Part shown: positions 1-10,400 of the stretch, piece by piece
Numbering within the stretch: the first letter of the stretch is position 1
How the letters are laid out: each line of letters starts with the position of its first letter
Assembly (NCBI GenBank): GCA_024626585.2
Contig: JANKJI020000004.1
Span: 118,897,369 to 118,915,890 of the forward strand
Reading direction: 5' to 3'
DNA length: 18,522 bases
From: Ginkgo biloba
Taxonomy: Eukaryota > Plantae > Ginkgophyta
Notes under the pieces: model-generated
What the model was told of the DNA's origin: nothing
Seen by the model: only the letters and a program-made list of their open reading frames with translations
The model's database searches: none
Program-made: the position numbers and the translations under genes

Positions 1-439
1 GACAACCGTGTAATGTGTGATTGATTCTTGTCTCTTATCTCGAATTCCTCGTTATCGTCTGTGATCCTGTTTTCCCATTGTGTTGAGGGTAACTTCACCC
101 TTAGCCACAATGTGGATAACTTTACCCTCAATTGTGTTGTAAACAATGTTGCCTTCAACTGTCTGAAAGATAAGTCTGCCGCAGTCTTAACTTACCTTTA
201 TTAAGTCGGTGGGTATGCTACCTACATAACTTATGAAGGTACATTTGATTTAGCATTATGTTTAGTTGCGGCTATTGAGATTTTGATGTATAAATACTTT
301 CAATTTAATAAACAACGCAAGGCAATTTCCTTTGAAAATTATGATCACGAAGGTGTCGTGCCTAACTCTGACAAGTGTTGGACCAAAGTATCCCAATCTA
401 GCACCAGGTGCCTAAGTTTGGTTTGGAATATCAAAACAC

Positions 440-1110
440 ATAAGTGGTGTGTGCAATAGATTAGAAGAGGAAGATTACATGCACGTTATGGTCAAGTTTG
501 AGTAAATGAAGAATAATTTAACCAAGAAACTCAATCTCAAAGTTAGAGTAAGATCTTGAGAAAAGCATGAAAAGAGCATTTACGTCCAACAAATAAGGTC
601 AAGCAATTACAAGAAAGAAAATGAAGAGGCTGCAATATCATGTTAGCTGAATGCCACCTGAGAATAAATTTAGGGAATTTATGAGATTAGAACAAGACAA
701 TAGATAGACCTTTCAATATATTCATCTGAACGGTAGAAGTGCAAGTGAAAGTATGTGTTACTAGTTTGGTTCGGGGCAAAATTGAAATCTATATCCTTAT
801 GAATGGTTCAAGGAAGAAGTGTTAAAACAGAAAGTAAAGGAAGGTTCGAGTCTCATATTAACTAGAGTAGAAAGACAGTAGAGATACAACACCAAAGGAG
901 GATGCTTCTCTCAAATGTACAAAAGTTGAAAGCAGCCAAGATATTTGTACATAAAGGTTCAAGTCAGGAGGGAACAAATTGCGTTGAGAAAAACAGTAAA
1001 GAAATGAAAATGGCAACAGTGTAATGCAAAAGTGAAATTATCAAGGGCCAGAAGTGTATAATGTAGTCTCTGAAATTATGATGGAGAAAATTATATGGAG
1101 TAATGAAGAT
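440..1110 (+). mobile_element. Highly decayed Ty3/Gypsy gag-protease relic
   Basis: Manual translation across frameshifts gives RVRS*EK/MKRAF (~545-585; cf. gag 'IRSWEKM..MK..F.P'), FREFMRLEQ (~669-695; cf. gag 'L.Q') and IIKG../YNVVSEIMMEK (~1037-1090; cf. protease 'IIDGGS..NVVS..MVEKL'). The motifs are in the expected order, but there is no intact ORF. Confidence 0.35.
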
Positions 1111-2003
1111 TCAAAATCTTAAAATAGCAAGTTGGACCTTCATGACACAGATCTTCAATTAGATAATCTAATTATTCTTTAATAAGGATTGGCTAAACAT
1201 TCTTACTGATTTCAGTTGGTACATTTGGGTCGTGAACAGCACTTGGTGTTAGCAGACCATAACAATCATCTGTTCCTTCATTCAATGTGCCTTGCACTTG
1301 AATCACATTATAATATTTTGGTGAATTTGATTTTTGAGCAAGACTACATGTATTTCCTATAATTTATTTGAATGATGTATACCATCCAATGTTTTGATTA
1401 TTTTGCATGTGATACATTAAAAAAAAGTGTGTCTAAGGGACCAGTCACTGATCCCATGGCATCCTTTTCTCCTGAGATTTCTTGTGTCTAGTTCAAAGAC
1501 AATTAATTGCCATGAACAGATAAATAAGTCTAGGCAACCAGAGTGTGTACCGATAACTTTATGCAGTATAGTGACGAGTATCTCATGTGTTTTAGGCATA
1601 GTCATAACGACAATACTTTGTTGTTAACAGAAATGATTGCTATCATTCGATTAACTGACGTTGGGAACAACAAATGCCTGGTTTTGACATTTATTTTATT
1701 CTGTTCTGTTTTCATTAGTTTGATGTTAAATAGGTTCATTTGTAGTAGTGATTAAAGCAGAAAGCACATTTTAGATTATTATATCATCAGTAATTTGATA
1801 TTTTCTTCTGTCTTGTCCTGCGATTTTGCAAGAAATCCTAAACTCTGCAAATGTTGCAAGAAAGACCATGTGGTGGCGGTTAACAAAGAGAGAATGAAAC
1901 AAAGTATATTGGGGTAAAACAAGAAGCAGCATGAAATAACATTCTCTCATTTGAGTTTACCAACAGGTGCATTTTAGAGTGAGAGCGCGGCATTTAGATT
2001 TAC

Positions 2004-2337
2004 CAAACTAAAATAAAAGAAAAAGGTGAATTCGAGATTTCTGTCTGACCATCACTAATACTGAGGGAAAAGCTTCCTACCAAAATAGGAATAAAAGTGA
2101 TATTTTGGTTCCCAGAATTTCCATCAAGAGCCATAGAGACACCAGATATGTACGAACTATTCCCTTTCCTCCCGTTCACAGAAAGTATAAAATTGAAAGC
2201 ACTTCCATCACCCAAAAGATTAAGTTTGTTCCCATTAGCATCCAATAGAGTAACTCTTATTGTTGCTATATCACCAGCTCGAAAAGAATTTTTATTTTCC
2301 AACCAGACACCCTTGCACTTTGCGACATTTACATCAC
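2004..2337 (-). CDS. GEX2: Internal exon of a GAMETE EXPRESSED 2-like (filamin/Ig-like repeat) gene; possibly pseudogenised
   Basis: Minus strand acceptor ttcag| at 2342-2338, then (G)DVNVAKCKGVWLENKNSFRAGDIATIRVTLLDANGNKLNLLGDGSAFNFILSVNGRKGNSSYISGVSMALDGNSGNQNITFIPILVGSFSLSISDGQTEISNSPFSFILV, then donor-like TG|gtaaat (GT at 2003-2002). The motifs W..K..F.AG..ATI, VNG+.GNSSYISGV and I.F.PI.VG.F match my recollection of the first extracellular repeat of plant GEX2 proteins. The frame is open for about 110 codons. The ORF-track 'start' at 2302 is an internal TTG. Confidence 0.8.
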
Positions 2338-2371
2338 CTGAACATTCATAATGTGATATATAAGAAGTTAT

Positions 2372-3150
2372 TTGTGCAATTACACAAAAGAAATTTCTAA
2401 GTAGAAAATTACTCTTTTCAGCAAAATATTCAAGATGATGAACAATGACAAAGAAATAGGAGTAAGTTCTTTAGTTTCTAGAAGATATAAGTTTGTTGAA
2501 GATGCTCTAAGGCCATTATTGACATTTTCTAGTAAGTCACTATGTCTATCTCCACCTTTGGGGTCTCATTCTATGAGTTTTGAATCCAAGTTCTAATAAG
2601 ATACATATAAACCTTGAAATGCTTATTGAAATACAAAAAAATAGTTTTATAGCCTTATGTAGAAATGTATCAAACATAGAAATTGTCGCATAGCACATCA
2701 ATGAGGCTATGTGTTCCAAAAAAAAATGGAGCTTCTCATGCTTACTAGAATTTATTGGAATATTACCATAGAGACACAAGTCAGGGTGGCACTTGGTTCA
2801 TATGATCATTGCTTTTATTGTTGTAACTAGAAAGAAATCTTAATTGTGGAGGATGAAAGGCACATTGATTGTTTCACAAGTTCCTATTCAAGATGGAAAA
2901 AATAGAAGTCTACCTCCTTGAATCTAAAATTTGTAGTCTAACTGGCACAAAAGACTTGCTATCCAATACTTGTGTAAGTTTTCAATAAAATAGGGTTTCC
3001 TGGTTAACAAAAAATCAAAGAGTAAGAAGTTAAATAATAATATTATAGGTATTGCTTCCAAATGTAAGCTTACATCAAAACCACAATTTCCAAAACTCGT
3101 TAACTATTAGGGTAGGCATACTTACTGTGGAAGATCCCTTCAAGAACCTT
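2372..3150 (+). mobile_element. Very degenerate L1-type LINE reverse-transcriptase relic
   Basis: Ordered motif remnants across frameshifts: LCNYTKEISK (2372; cf. LCN..YKIISK), SSLVSRR (~2466; cf. SAFV.GR), HSM (~2567), HINL-NAY (~2604; cf. KIDL.KAYD), NG..(~2725), RDTSQG (~2771; cf. RG.RQG), *GFLVNKKS (~2990; cf. SG..IN..KS), NY*G (~3102; cf. YLG). The total span of about 243 codons fits an L1 RT domain. Confidence 0.45.
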
Positions 3151-3509
3151 ACACCTATAACTTGCAATCACATGTTGGTTCCAAGACAAGATTAGTCATC
3201 CATAATAACATTCATTGAGTTACCCAAATTTTGTTGTTAGAAAAAGGCAAGGATTTATTANNNNNNNNNNNNNNNNNNNNNNNNNNNNNNNNNNNNNNNN
3301 NNNNNNNNNNNNNNNNNNNNNNNNNNNNNNNNNNNNNNNNNNNNNNNNNNNNNNNNNNNNGCTCAAATCTATTGGGTAAGTGCCCCTTTAAGGTATATAC
3401 TACTTAGCCTTACTCTTTATTTATTATTTTTGGAATATTATGATGCAGTTATATTTTCTAGCACAGTTTAGAATCAAAATTTATGATTGTACATGTACTT
3501 GTATGGGTC

Positions 3510-4608
3510 TGTAAAGTCCAGAAACTCAAATGTAGACTCCCTGTAGTGAGGTGCCCTTAGTCAAAGGGTAGTTTTATGCTTTTTATGTTGGTTTTTGCCA
3601 ATGTATGATATTGGGGTTTGATAGGGTTTTATGTATTATGTTGTCTTCAAACTACAAACCCTTGAACCCAGTTATTGGCAACTTGTATTAGCATGGTGAC
3701 CAATAGGGAGAGTTGCTACTGCATTATGACATGCATTTTATGGTCCGACTAGGGGAGGTACTAGCAATAGCCCTTTTGTATGAGCATTTTATGTGACTTT
3801 ATGTCACAGGGCTTCTGATAATGAGGTTAGGGTTAATACCTTGATACCTTAGAGGTGGTACAGGGTTGTGTGCTATGCTAGCACTCACAGTGGGCCATTC
3901 TTGTTAGCTTCCCGTCATGGTTACATGGCTCACTTGTTTTTATGTGGTTAGTATGCTTATTCATGAATTGTCAGGGGGGGAGGATATCTCATTATTATTT
4001 GGGAGATGACCCTAGTATTGAAGAAGTGGTTGAAATAGACCTACACCTAGCACTCTTGGTAGCTACAAGGTGTGGACTCAAACGGGAAGGCCATTTGGGG
4101 ATGACAGTTAGTATTTATGCACTATGGGTTTGTGTTGGTAGCTATGTAAGTCCCCATAGGTGTGCCTCGTGGCCAAATAGTGGGTGTTAATGCAAGTCAC
4201 CAAAGCCATTCCCTTCCCCTAGCACTTTAGTCTTTTAAGTCTTGTATGTGTTGAATCTCTGGTCCTTCGTGAATTAACATAAATGAATATTTTACTTATT
4301 TATTCATTTATATATTCATTTATTTGTTTGTACATGAATNNNNNNNNNNNNNNNNNNNNNNNNNNNNNNNNNNNNNNNNNTTGCTTATAAATTGATATCA
4401 TTAGCATGCAAGGCTATTAGGTGGGACTATTATAGTAGGATATTATGTTATGTTCCTAGGATCTATATGTCTGGTGATTAGGGATTCCCAATTGTCCCTA
4501 ATGACTACTTACCGCCCTTTGATGAATGGTTTTACTCCCATTATAAAGTCCCTCTTTCAAACTATTTTATCATTATCATTGCGTGCATGTTGTGTGTGGG
4601 ACTTTACA
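3510..4608 (+). mobile_element. LTR-like repeat (candidate deleted solo LTR)
   Basis: Bounded by a perfect 10-bp inverted repeat TGTAAAGTCC (3510-3519) / GGACTTTACA (4599-4608) with TG...CA ends. The internal part (~3860-4180) is homologous to the reverse complement of ~17280-17560. The flanks (gggtc / taatt) show no target-site duplication, so the boundaries are uncertain. Confidence 0.45.
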
Positions 4609-5450
4609 TAATTTTCTATGTATTCCCCTTGTGATCAGTAATTTGTATTTGTTTGTTGTTGATGTCCTGTGTACTTATGTGATGTTCAATAAATTTGAAT
4701 ATACATCTAATGCATATGCATAATCCTCAAGGCCTCAAATGTTAATCTAGATCCAAAACTTGGGAGTTTGTATTGGACATGTTATAAGTTGCCCACTAGT
4801 GATAGAACATTTGACATATTAGGTGTTGCAAAGGATACAATTATATGTTCTTCCCAATTTTACTATCACATTTTATGGACTTGAATGGTTAAAGAAACCC
4901 TATGTACCTATTATCACCTGAGATTGATTTCCGTCAACTGCAACTAACTTTCAAATGATAATTATAAGTACAATGGCCCTGTCACAACCAAGGTACTTCT
5001 CTATTTGGGCTAGTATCTTTTCAGCCACAGGGAGGAGTCCCTCTTTTGCACTGTGCTACTGTCTATATTCAAATTTGCGGAGGGATTCGCTTAAACAGTA
5101 AGCATAAAACCCACTGCTAGCATCCTAGAGCTTCTCACATCGAGGTGCAGGTATGAATAACGGAAAATAAGAGTTGTGACCGGTATCGCCAAGTGATGGA
5201 AGAGCTAAGTGAAGCGAAAATGGATAGCAGAAATGCGATTTAGGTGAAAGGACATTCAAAATAAATGCATGTAAAAGAACCCAGTCANNNNNNNNNNNNN
5301 NNNNNNNNNNNNNNNNNNNNNNNNNNNNNNNNNNNNNNNNNNNNNNNNNNNNNNNNNNNNNNNNNNNNNNNNNNNNNNNNNNNNNNNGATGCAATTTGGC
5401 TTCAGATTAACACTGAGATCGCTCAGTGCAATTTGGGGGTTAACAGTACC

Positions 5451-5984
5451 TAATGGGAAAACAAGGACATTGATAAATACAAAAGAATGTTCAAATTCAA
5501 TAGACATTTGGACAGGATGCCTTATTGACATGCTGCATCTATGGGCATACTATCAAAATGTTCACATGAAAAATTCCACCTTGGCCACCTACAACAAAAC
5601 CTAAGGGGGCTATTCTAATCAATAAAATATGCTGCATGCCTATGGACTTAATCGGAAATCAAGAACATTGATAATTACAAGTTAATGTTTAAACAAGAGG
5701 TCTCATCAATATGATGCATTTATGGGTCATATAAATAAATTGGGCCCAAATGAACAATCGCATGTTATGGATTTGGTATAGTTAAAGAAATACTATGGAC
5801 TTAATGGGAAAACAAGAATACTGATTAATACAAAAAAATGTTTAAATTCAAGAGCTCTTTGGACGAGAGGTGCTATGAGTATGGTGCATGTATGGACTGT
5901 AAATCAAAGTTTGTGCATGAAAAAAATTCCATATTGGCTACCTCTACAACAAAGCATGCGGATGCTGTTCTAATCAATAAAATA
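5451..5984. repeat. Degenerate tandem repeat, ~180-bp unit, two full copies and one truncated copy
   Basis: TAAT(G/C)GGAAA(A/T)CAAG starts at 5451, 5649 and 5802. Copies 1 and 3 share catgaaaaa.ttcca, ctacaacaaa and the end ttctaatcaataaaata (ending 5629 and 5984). Confidence 0.8.
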
Positions 5985-6715
5985 GGTTAAAAGCCTTGTA
6001 AACTTGAACAACAATTTCTAGTCGAGATAGGTGAAAATAAGTTTAGTTGTAAGCTAATATGATAAGTTTGTACGTGGTTTTTTAAATATGATATCTCTTT
6101 GAGGCTGATCACAATTTTCGTGGGTTATAGTTAGGATGACAGACTAGTCATACTTGAATTTTGTATTGATGCAAGTGTCCACTTTTTTTTTCATTTTTCA
6201 AAATATGCTATGTATTCCTTGAAGCATATCATGAAAGACAACTAGATCCTTCATGGTCCTGTGGTTGAGGTAAGAGGTAAAATTTGTACTAAAAGCAACA
6301 AACTGCTATTTATGCTTTAGTTTACTTCTAAAACTTTGTCTTAAGCTAGTATAGTATAGAAATATTGGTATCAAATATTTTGTAGAGAATCCCTAATCTC
6401 AATTGTCTACAAATAAAGTTTCTCACATATGAGTTAGACATATGGTTGCACGTAAGCGTTCTAATATTAACAGTATGTGCTCAAGTGGAACTTCTCATTT
6501 TCAGTTTTATTGCATCTTCTGCCAATCAGATTGTACAATGTACATGTAAAAGCAAAACAGTTTTACCANNNNNNNNNNNNNNCAATTCTGCGTGCTTATC
6601 AATGAACAACATTTTCCAGACACTTTACTCAAAGGTTCACTGTTCAAATTGGGTGTTCTATAGGCTATTGTTTTAATCAGACCACTGCATGTCCTACTAT
6701 TTTGTGCACTTTCTA

Positions 6716-7510
6716 CTTTGTTGGGCAACATATTTACTGCCATATTGTTACAGGGAATCACAATCCCCCATGCCTTCTAGCTGCAATCTGAGTGATCCCA
6801 AGAGCTCTATGAATAATCTGGACCCATTATAATCAGTCTTTCCATCAGTTCTTTATTGGATTAGCCCAACTCCACCTTTTTCTTTACATTGACTTTCAAT
6901 GATTTGGATAAGCTTCTTCAATGGATCTAAGAAATCGTTTGGATCCTTTTGAGTACCAGCTTGTGTATACTGCATAGGCCACTCCATTCAAGACTATGCT
7001 TTGGATGCCTTCCATTTCCCACATCCTGGGTTGTGATTTTGTTGGTATCTTCCTTGTAAAAATCCATACACATAACTTTGCAAAGAAATAACATATCTGC
7101 ATCATGTTCACATGTCGCTTTGTTGGGCAACATATAATCTACCCTATTGTTCCAAGGAATCATAATCTCCCATCCCTTCTAGCTGCAATTCATGTAGTCC
7201 CAAGATTTCTGTGGATAATCCGGACGCATCATAATTAGTTTTCCATCTGATTTCCGGTGGATTAGTCCAACTCCATCTTTTAATGAGTGATTTTCAAGCA
7301 GTTTCTTCAATGGTCCAAGAACTCAATTTCAATTCTTTTGAGTACCAGCCTGCAAATGACAACTGCATAGCCCATTCTATTCAAGGCTATGCTTTGGATG
7401 CATTTCATTCTCAACATCTTGGATTGTGATTCTGTTGGCATCCTCTCTGTAGAAATTCACACACATAATCTTGCAAAGAAATAACATATCAACTTGATGT
7501 TCACATGTCA
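6716..7510. repeat. Diverged tandem duplication, period 402 bp
   Basis: ctttgttgggcaacatat at 6716 and 7118. Shared collinear blocks are ccttctagctgcaat, ttttgagtaccagc, ctatgctttggatgc, ttgcaaagaaataacatatc and atgttcacatgtc. Copy 1 is 6716-7117 and copy 2 is 7118-7510. Confidence 0.92.
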
Positions 7511-7965
7511 CTTGGTGTTTAATATTTGCAAACAAATCTCTATCTTGTCATTCATTTGTGATTTGGTTTGTCTCTGCCAAGCCGGTCAACTCCAGAAGAT
7601 TGTATTGTGGGTTTTCATGTAGTTTATTCCATGGACATGTACATACCATGAATTACTGATGAAGGCAACGAGGGAAACGGATCAAGGATCCAAACAGATT
7701 TGCACAGCAATGTTATCGGTGTCTTGAGTTATCACATTTGATCACCTTACAAGTCAGATGAGATAATCTGTAGATCAATTTAATCTTTTTTTTTTTTTTT
7801 TTTATATGNNNNNNNNNNNNNNNNNNNNNNNNNNNNNNNNNNNNNNNNNNNNNNNNNNNNNNNNNNNNNNNNNNNNNNNNNNNNNNNNNNNNNNNNNNNN
7901 NNNNNNNNNNNNNNNNNNNNNNNNATAAATTGTGTGCTAAAGCATCTTTCATTTTTTACATGCAG

Positions 7966-8009
7966 GGGATGGCTTAACAGATTCAGTGAAGGATTTACCC
8001 AGTGTTGAG
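7966..8009 (+). other. Candidate 44-nt micro-exon of an unidentified plus-strand transcript
   Basis: Branch-like ctaa (~7937), pyrimidine tract tctttcatttttt, acceptor tgcag|, donor GAG|gtaaaa. One frame is open (xDGLTDSVKDLPSVE). I recognise no homology. Confidence 0.25.
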
Positions 8010-8619
8010 GTAAAATGCTATTTTGAGCTTATTGTTAGACCAAGTGTGCATTGTAGACATTCTGAAAAATAAGTGTCTATAGCTGGATCCATTTGGTTGT
8101 AACATTTGTTCCCTAAACTATCTTTCCTAAACATTTTCTTGCACAGGAGACCAACCTTTTTTGGTCAAAATTAGGCAGCTTTTTGGGTTTGACAGTTGAT
8201 TCAATAGTTTCCAAGAAAACTTGTGATTTTGACTTGGATTGGGGTCAACCCTAGTTTGCAAGTCATCCAGAAATACACATTTCAATAGATCGACTCATNN
8301 NNNNNNNNNNNNNNNNNNTAACTGGATCAAGGTTTGGCCCTAGTTGGGTAGGTTGGCTCACCTGCTTGGTTAGTCTATACGGGTCAACCAGTGTTATCTT
8401 GTAGATGGCTACCACAGCAGAATCCAACCAATCAGCAATGGTGGCTCTAAATCTGCCTCACTCTACCCAAGTCTGCTCGACTTTAATAGTGGAGTGGTTT
8501 TCATTATGCTCTTTACCTTCGATTTCTTGGACTCTTGTTGGTGCTTTNNNNNNNNNNNNNNNNNNNNNNNNNNNNNNNNNNNNNNNNNNNNNNNNNNNNN
8601 NNNNNNNNNNNNNNNNNNN

Positions 8620-8845
8620 TAATATATAATATATATGGATTAATAATTAAGATTAGTTAGGGGTCTAATGGAAGTAAGAGGTGGCTTCTCATAGTGCCCT
8701 TTAAATATTAATAGTATTCATAGGCATATATGACTCATAATGAACATTCCTTATATATCGAATTCTATTCAATTATTTGATTTATATCAAATATTCTTTT
8801 GTTTCAAGTATTCTTCTTGTGGGCCACCATGTTAGGGTTGCTCCA
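8620..8845 (+). mobile_element. 3' part of a 5' LTR (ends ...gctcCA), truncated upstream by a gap
   Basis: CA at 8844-8845 lies 2 nt upstream of a tRNA-iMet PBS, which is canonical LTR-PBS geometry. Confidence 0.55.
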
Positions 8846-8847
8846 AG

Positions 8848-8866
8848 TGATATCAGAGCCAGGTTT
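8848..8866 (+). promoter_or_regulatory. Primer-binding site complementary to the tRNA-iMet 3' end
   Basis: TGATATCAGAGCCAGGTTT matches the plant tRNA-iMet complement TGGTATCAGAGCCAGGTTT at 18 of 19 positions. Confidence 0.85.
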
Positions 8867-10151
8867 AAATCGCAGTCCTTAATAAAAATAAGAAAACAAA
8901 AAAAGTAGTAAAAATAAAATATATGTACAAAATCTCTTCTCATCTCCATCTAGTTTCTTCCTCCATTACCACCATTGCCATTCCTACCTCAATCTCTCTA
9001 TTTGTTCATCACCTCTTTCTGGACCTTGTTCATCTCCAATAATCTATCTTTCCCATAAACACAATTGCTTTAGTTCTAGTTCATTTTTTGTATCGGTATT
9101 GAAATAGAGTGTTTTGCGTACTCTCCATCCCTGTTCTATCCCTCGTTTTCGTCTCCAATCTGCAGCAATGTGATAGAAAATGACGGTATGTCTCTCCATT
9201 TTCGCTTACGCATTTTAACATGCTTTCTTCCTTTTCTTGCCCAGGCATCGTCACCTTGCATTTTTGTTTACACTCTGGCCTTTTAATTCCATTGTTTCTT
9301 CTCCATTTCAATCACCAACTGATTGCATCTGCCATCTGCACATTGGCTTTGCAACTCGGCGTTCTTCAATGTTCTCCCATTTGTAATTCTGAAATGCCTC
9401 CATTTCTTGGTCCTTGGTGTTTGGTTCTAGTTCATTCAAACAACTTGCAAACAGGTTCATTCTAGAATCAAATTTGCGCTCCCTTGGAAATTGCTTTTGA
9501 CCAACATAGCCGAGATTATTTCGACCAACAACAATGGTTGTGATCGTTTTGGCCAACAGTCACGGCGGTAACTAGAGGGCAAGAGGATTTTTTCCTCTAC
9601 ACTTTTAAAAATAGTTAAAATAGGAATATTCTAGATCAAAGAAATATTCTCATATTAATATAAAAAAAGGGTTTTTATAAAGTTATAAGCTTCTTTGTAA
9701 CAAGAGTATATTCAAGGTAAGAAAACGTTTAAGGGTATGAAGAAACATTATTAATGGCAAATGTCTTATATCCAACATTACTAGGATCCCGAAGANNNNN
9801 NNNNNNNNNNNNNNNNNNNNNNNNNNNNNNNNNNNNNNNNNNNNNNNNNNNNNNNNNNNNNNNNNNNNNNNNNNNNNNNNNNNNNNNNNNNNNNNAGATT
9901 GGGGGATTTATGGTTGAATTCCAAATGGCTCTTTGCGCCCTTCGCCTCCTGCTCCAACGGCTGGATTAGGTGAGTATTCAAGCTTCAATGGATCTGCCAT
10001 TTAATGCTGCAATGTCTCTCAGTAGCTTTTCCCTTCGACTCCCAGGTGCTTGCATTTGCATTAAAGACGGTAGGTGCCAAATCTTGCTTCCAGACTGTTG
10101 TTGTCTCACGTTGGACTTCGCCAATTCATATCATTCACCTTTTGCGTCCTA

Positions 10152-10367
10152 CTGACCATGTCAGTCTTCTCCATGCCTTTATCTCTCCGACGCCTATCGG
10201 TCTTTGCTCTCTCACCGACTCATGTTGGTTTGCACCTTTTCGATGCCTGTTGGTCTTGGCTATTTCACGACCTCAACGACGCATGTTGGTCTCCTCCAAC
10301 GTATGTGGGACTATTGCCGACGCATGTCTGTCTGGCTTCCTCCGACGCATGTCGGACTATCGACGCA
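10152..10367. repeat. Array of about 9 short palindromic motifs, consensus CCGACGCATGTCGG(T/A)CT
   Basis: Copies start at 10152, 10187, 10215, 10240, 10276, 10296, 10317, 10342 and 10360 (partial). The core CCGAC-N4-GTCGG is self-complementary. Confidence 0.85.
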
Positions 10368-10400
10368 GTGCATCGTGATGCTCCTGCATCAATTGGAAGA

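Noticed and set aside
3121-3160. Upstream GEX2 micro-exon on the minus strand ending at a GTAAGT donor
   Set aside because: It has no signal-peptide or GEX2 similarity and lies within the LINE relic.
3510-4608. DNA transposon or MITE defined by the 10-bp terminal inverted repeat
   Set aside because: TG...CA ends, homology to a long LTR-like region and the lack of a TSD fit an LTR relic better.
5020-5156. Plus-strand coding exon ending at CAG|GTATGA (5150)
   Set aside because: All three frames contain stops between the nearest strong acceptor and this donor.
7786-7803. T18 tract as the poly(A) tail of a retrocopy
   Set aside because: It lies next to a gap, with no identifiable element body or TSD.
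10152-10367. CRISPR array
   Set aside because: The repeats are only ~17 bp and degenerate, the spacers are very short and irregular, there are no cas genes, and the context is eukaryotic.
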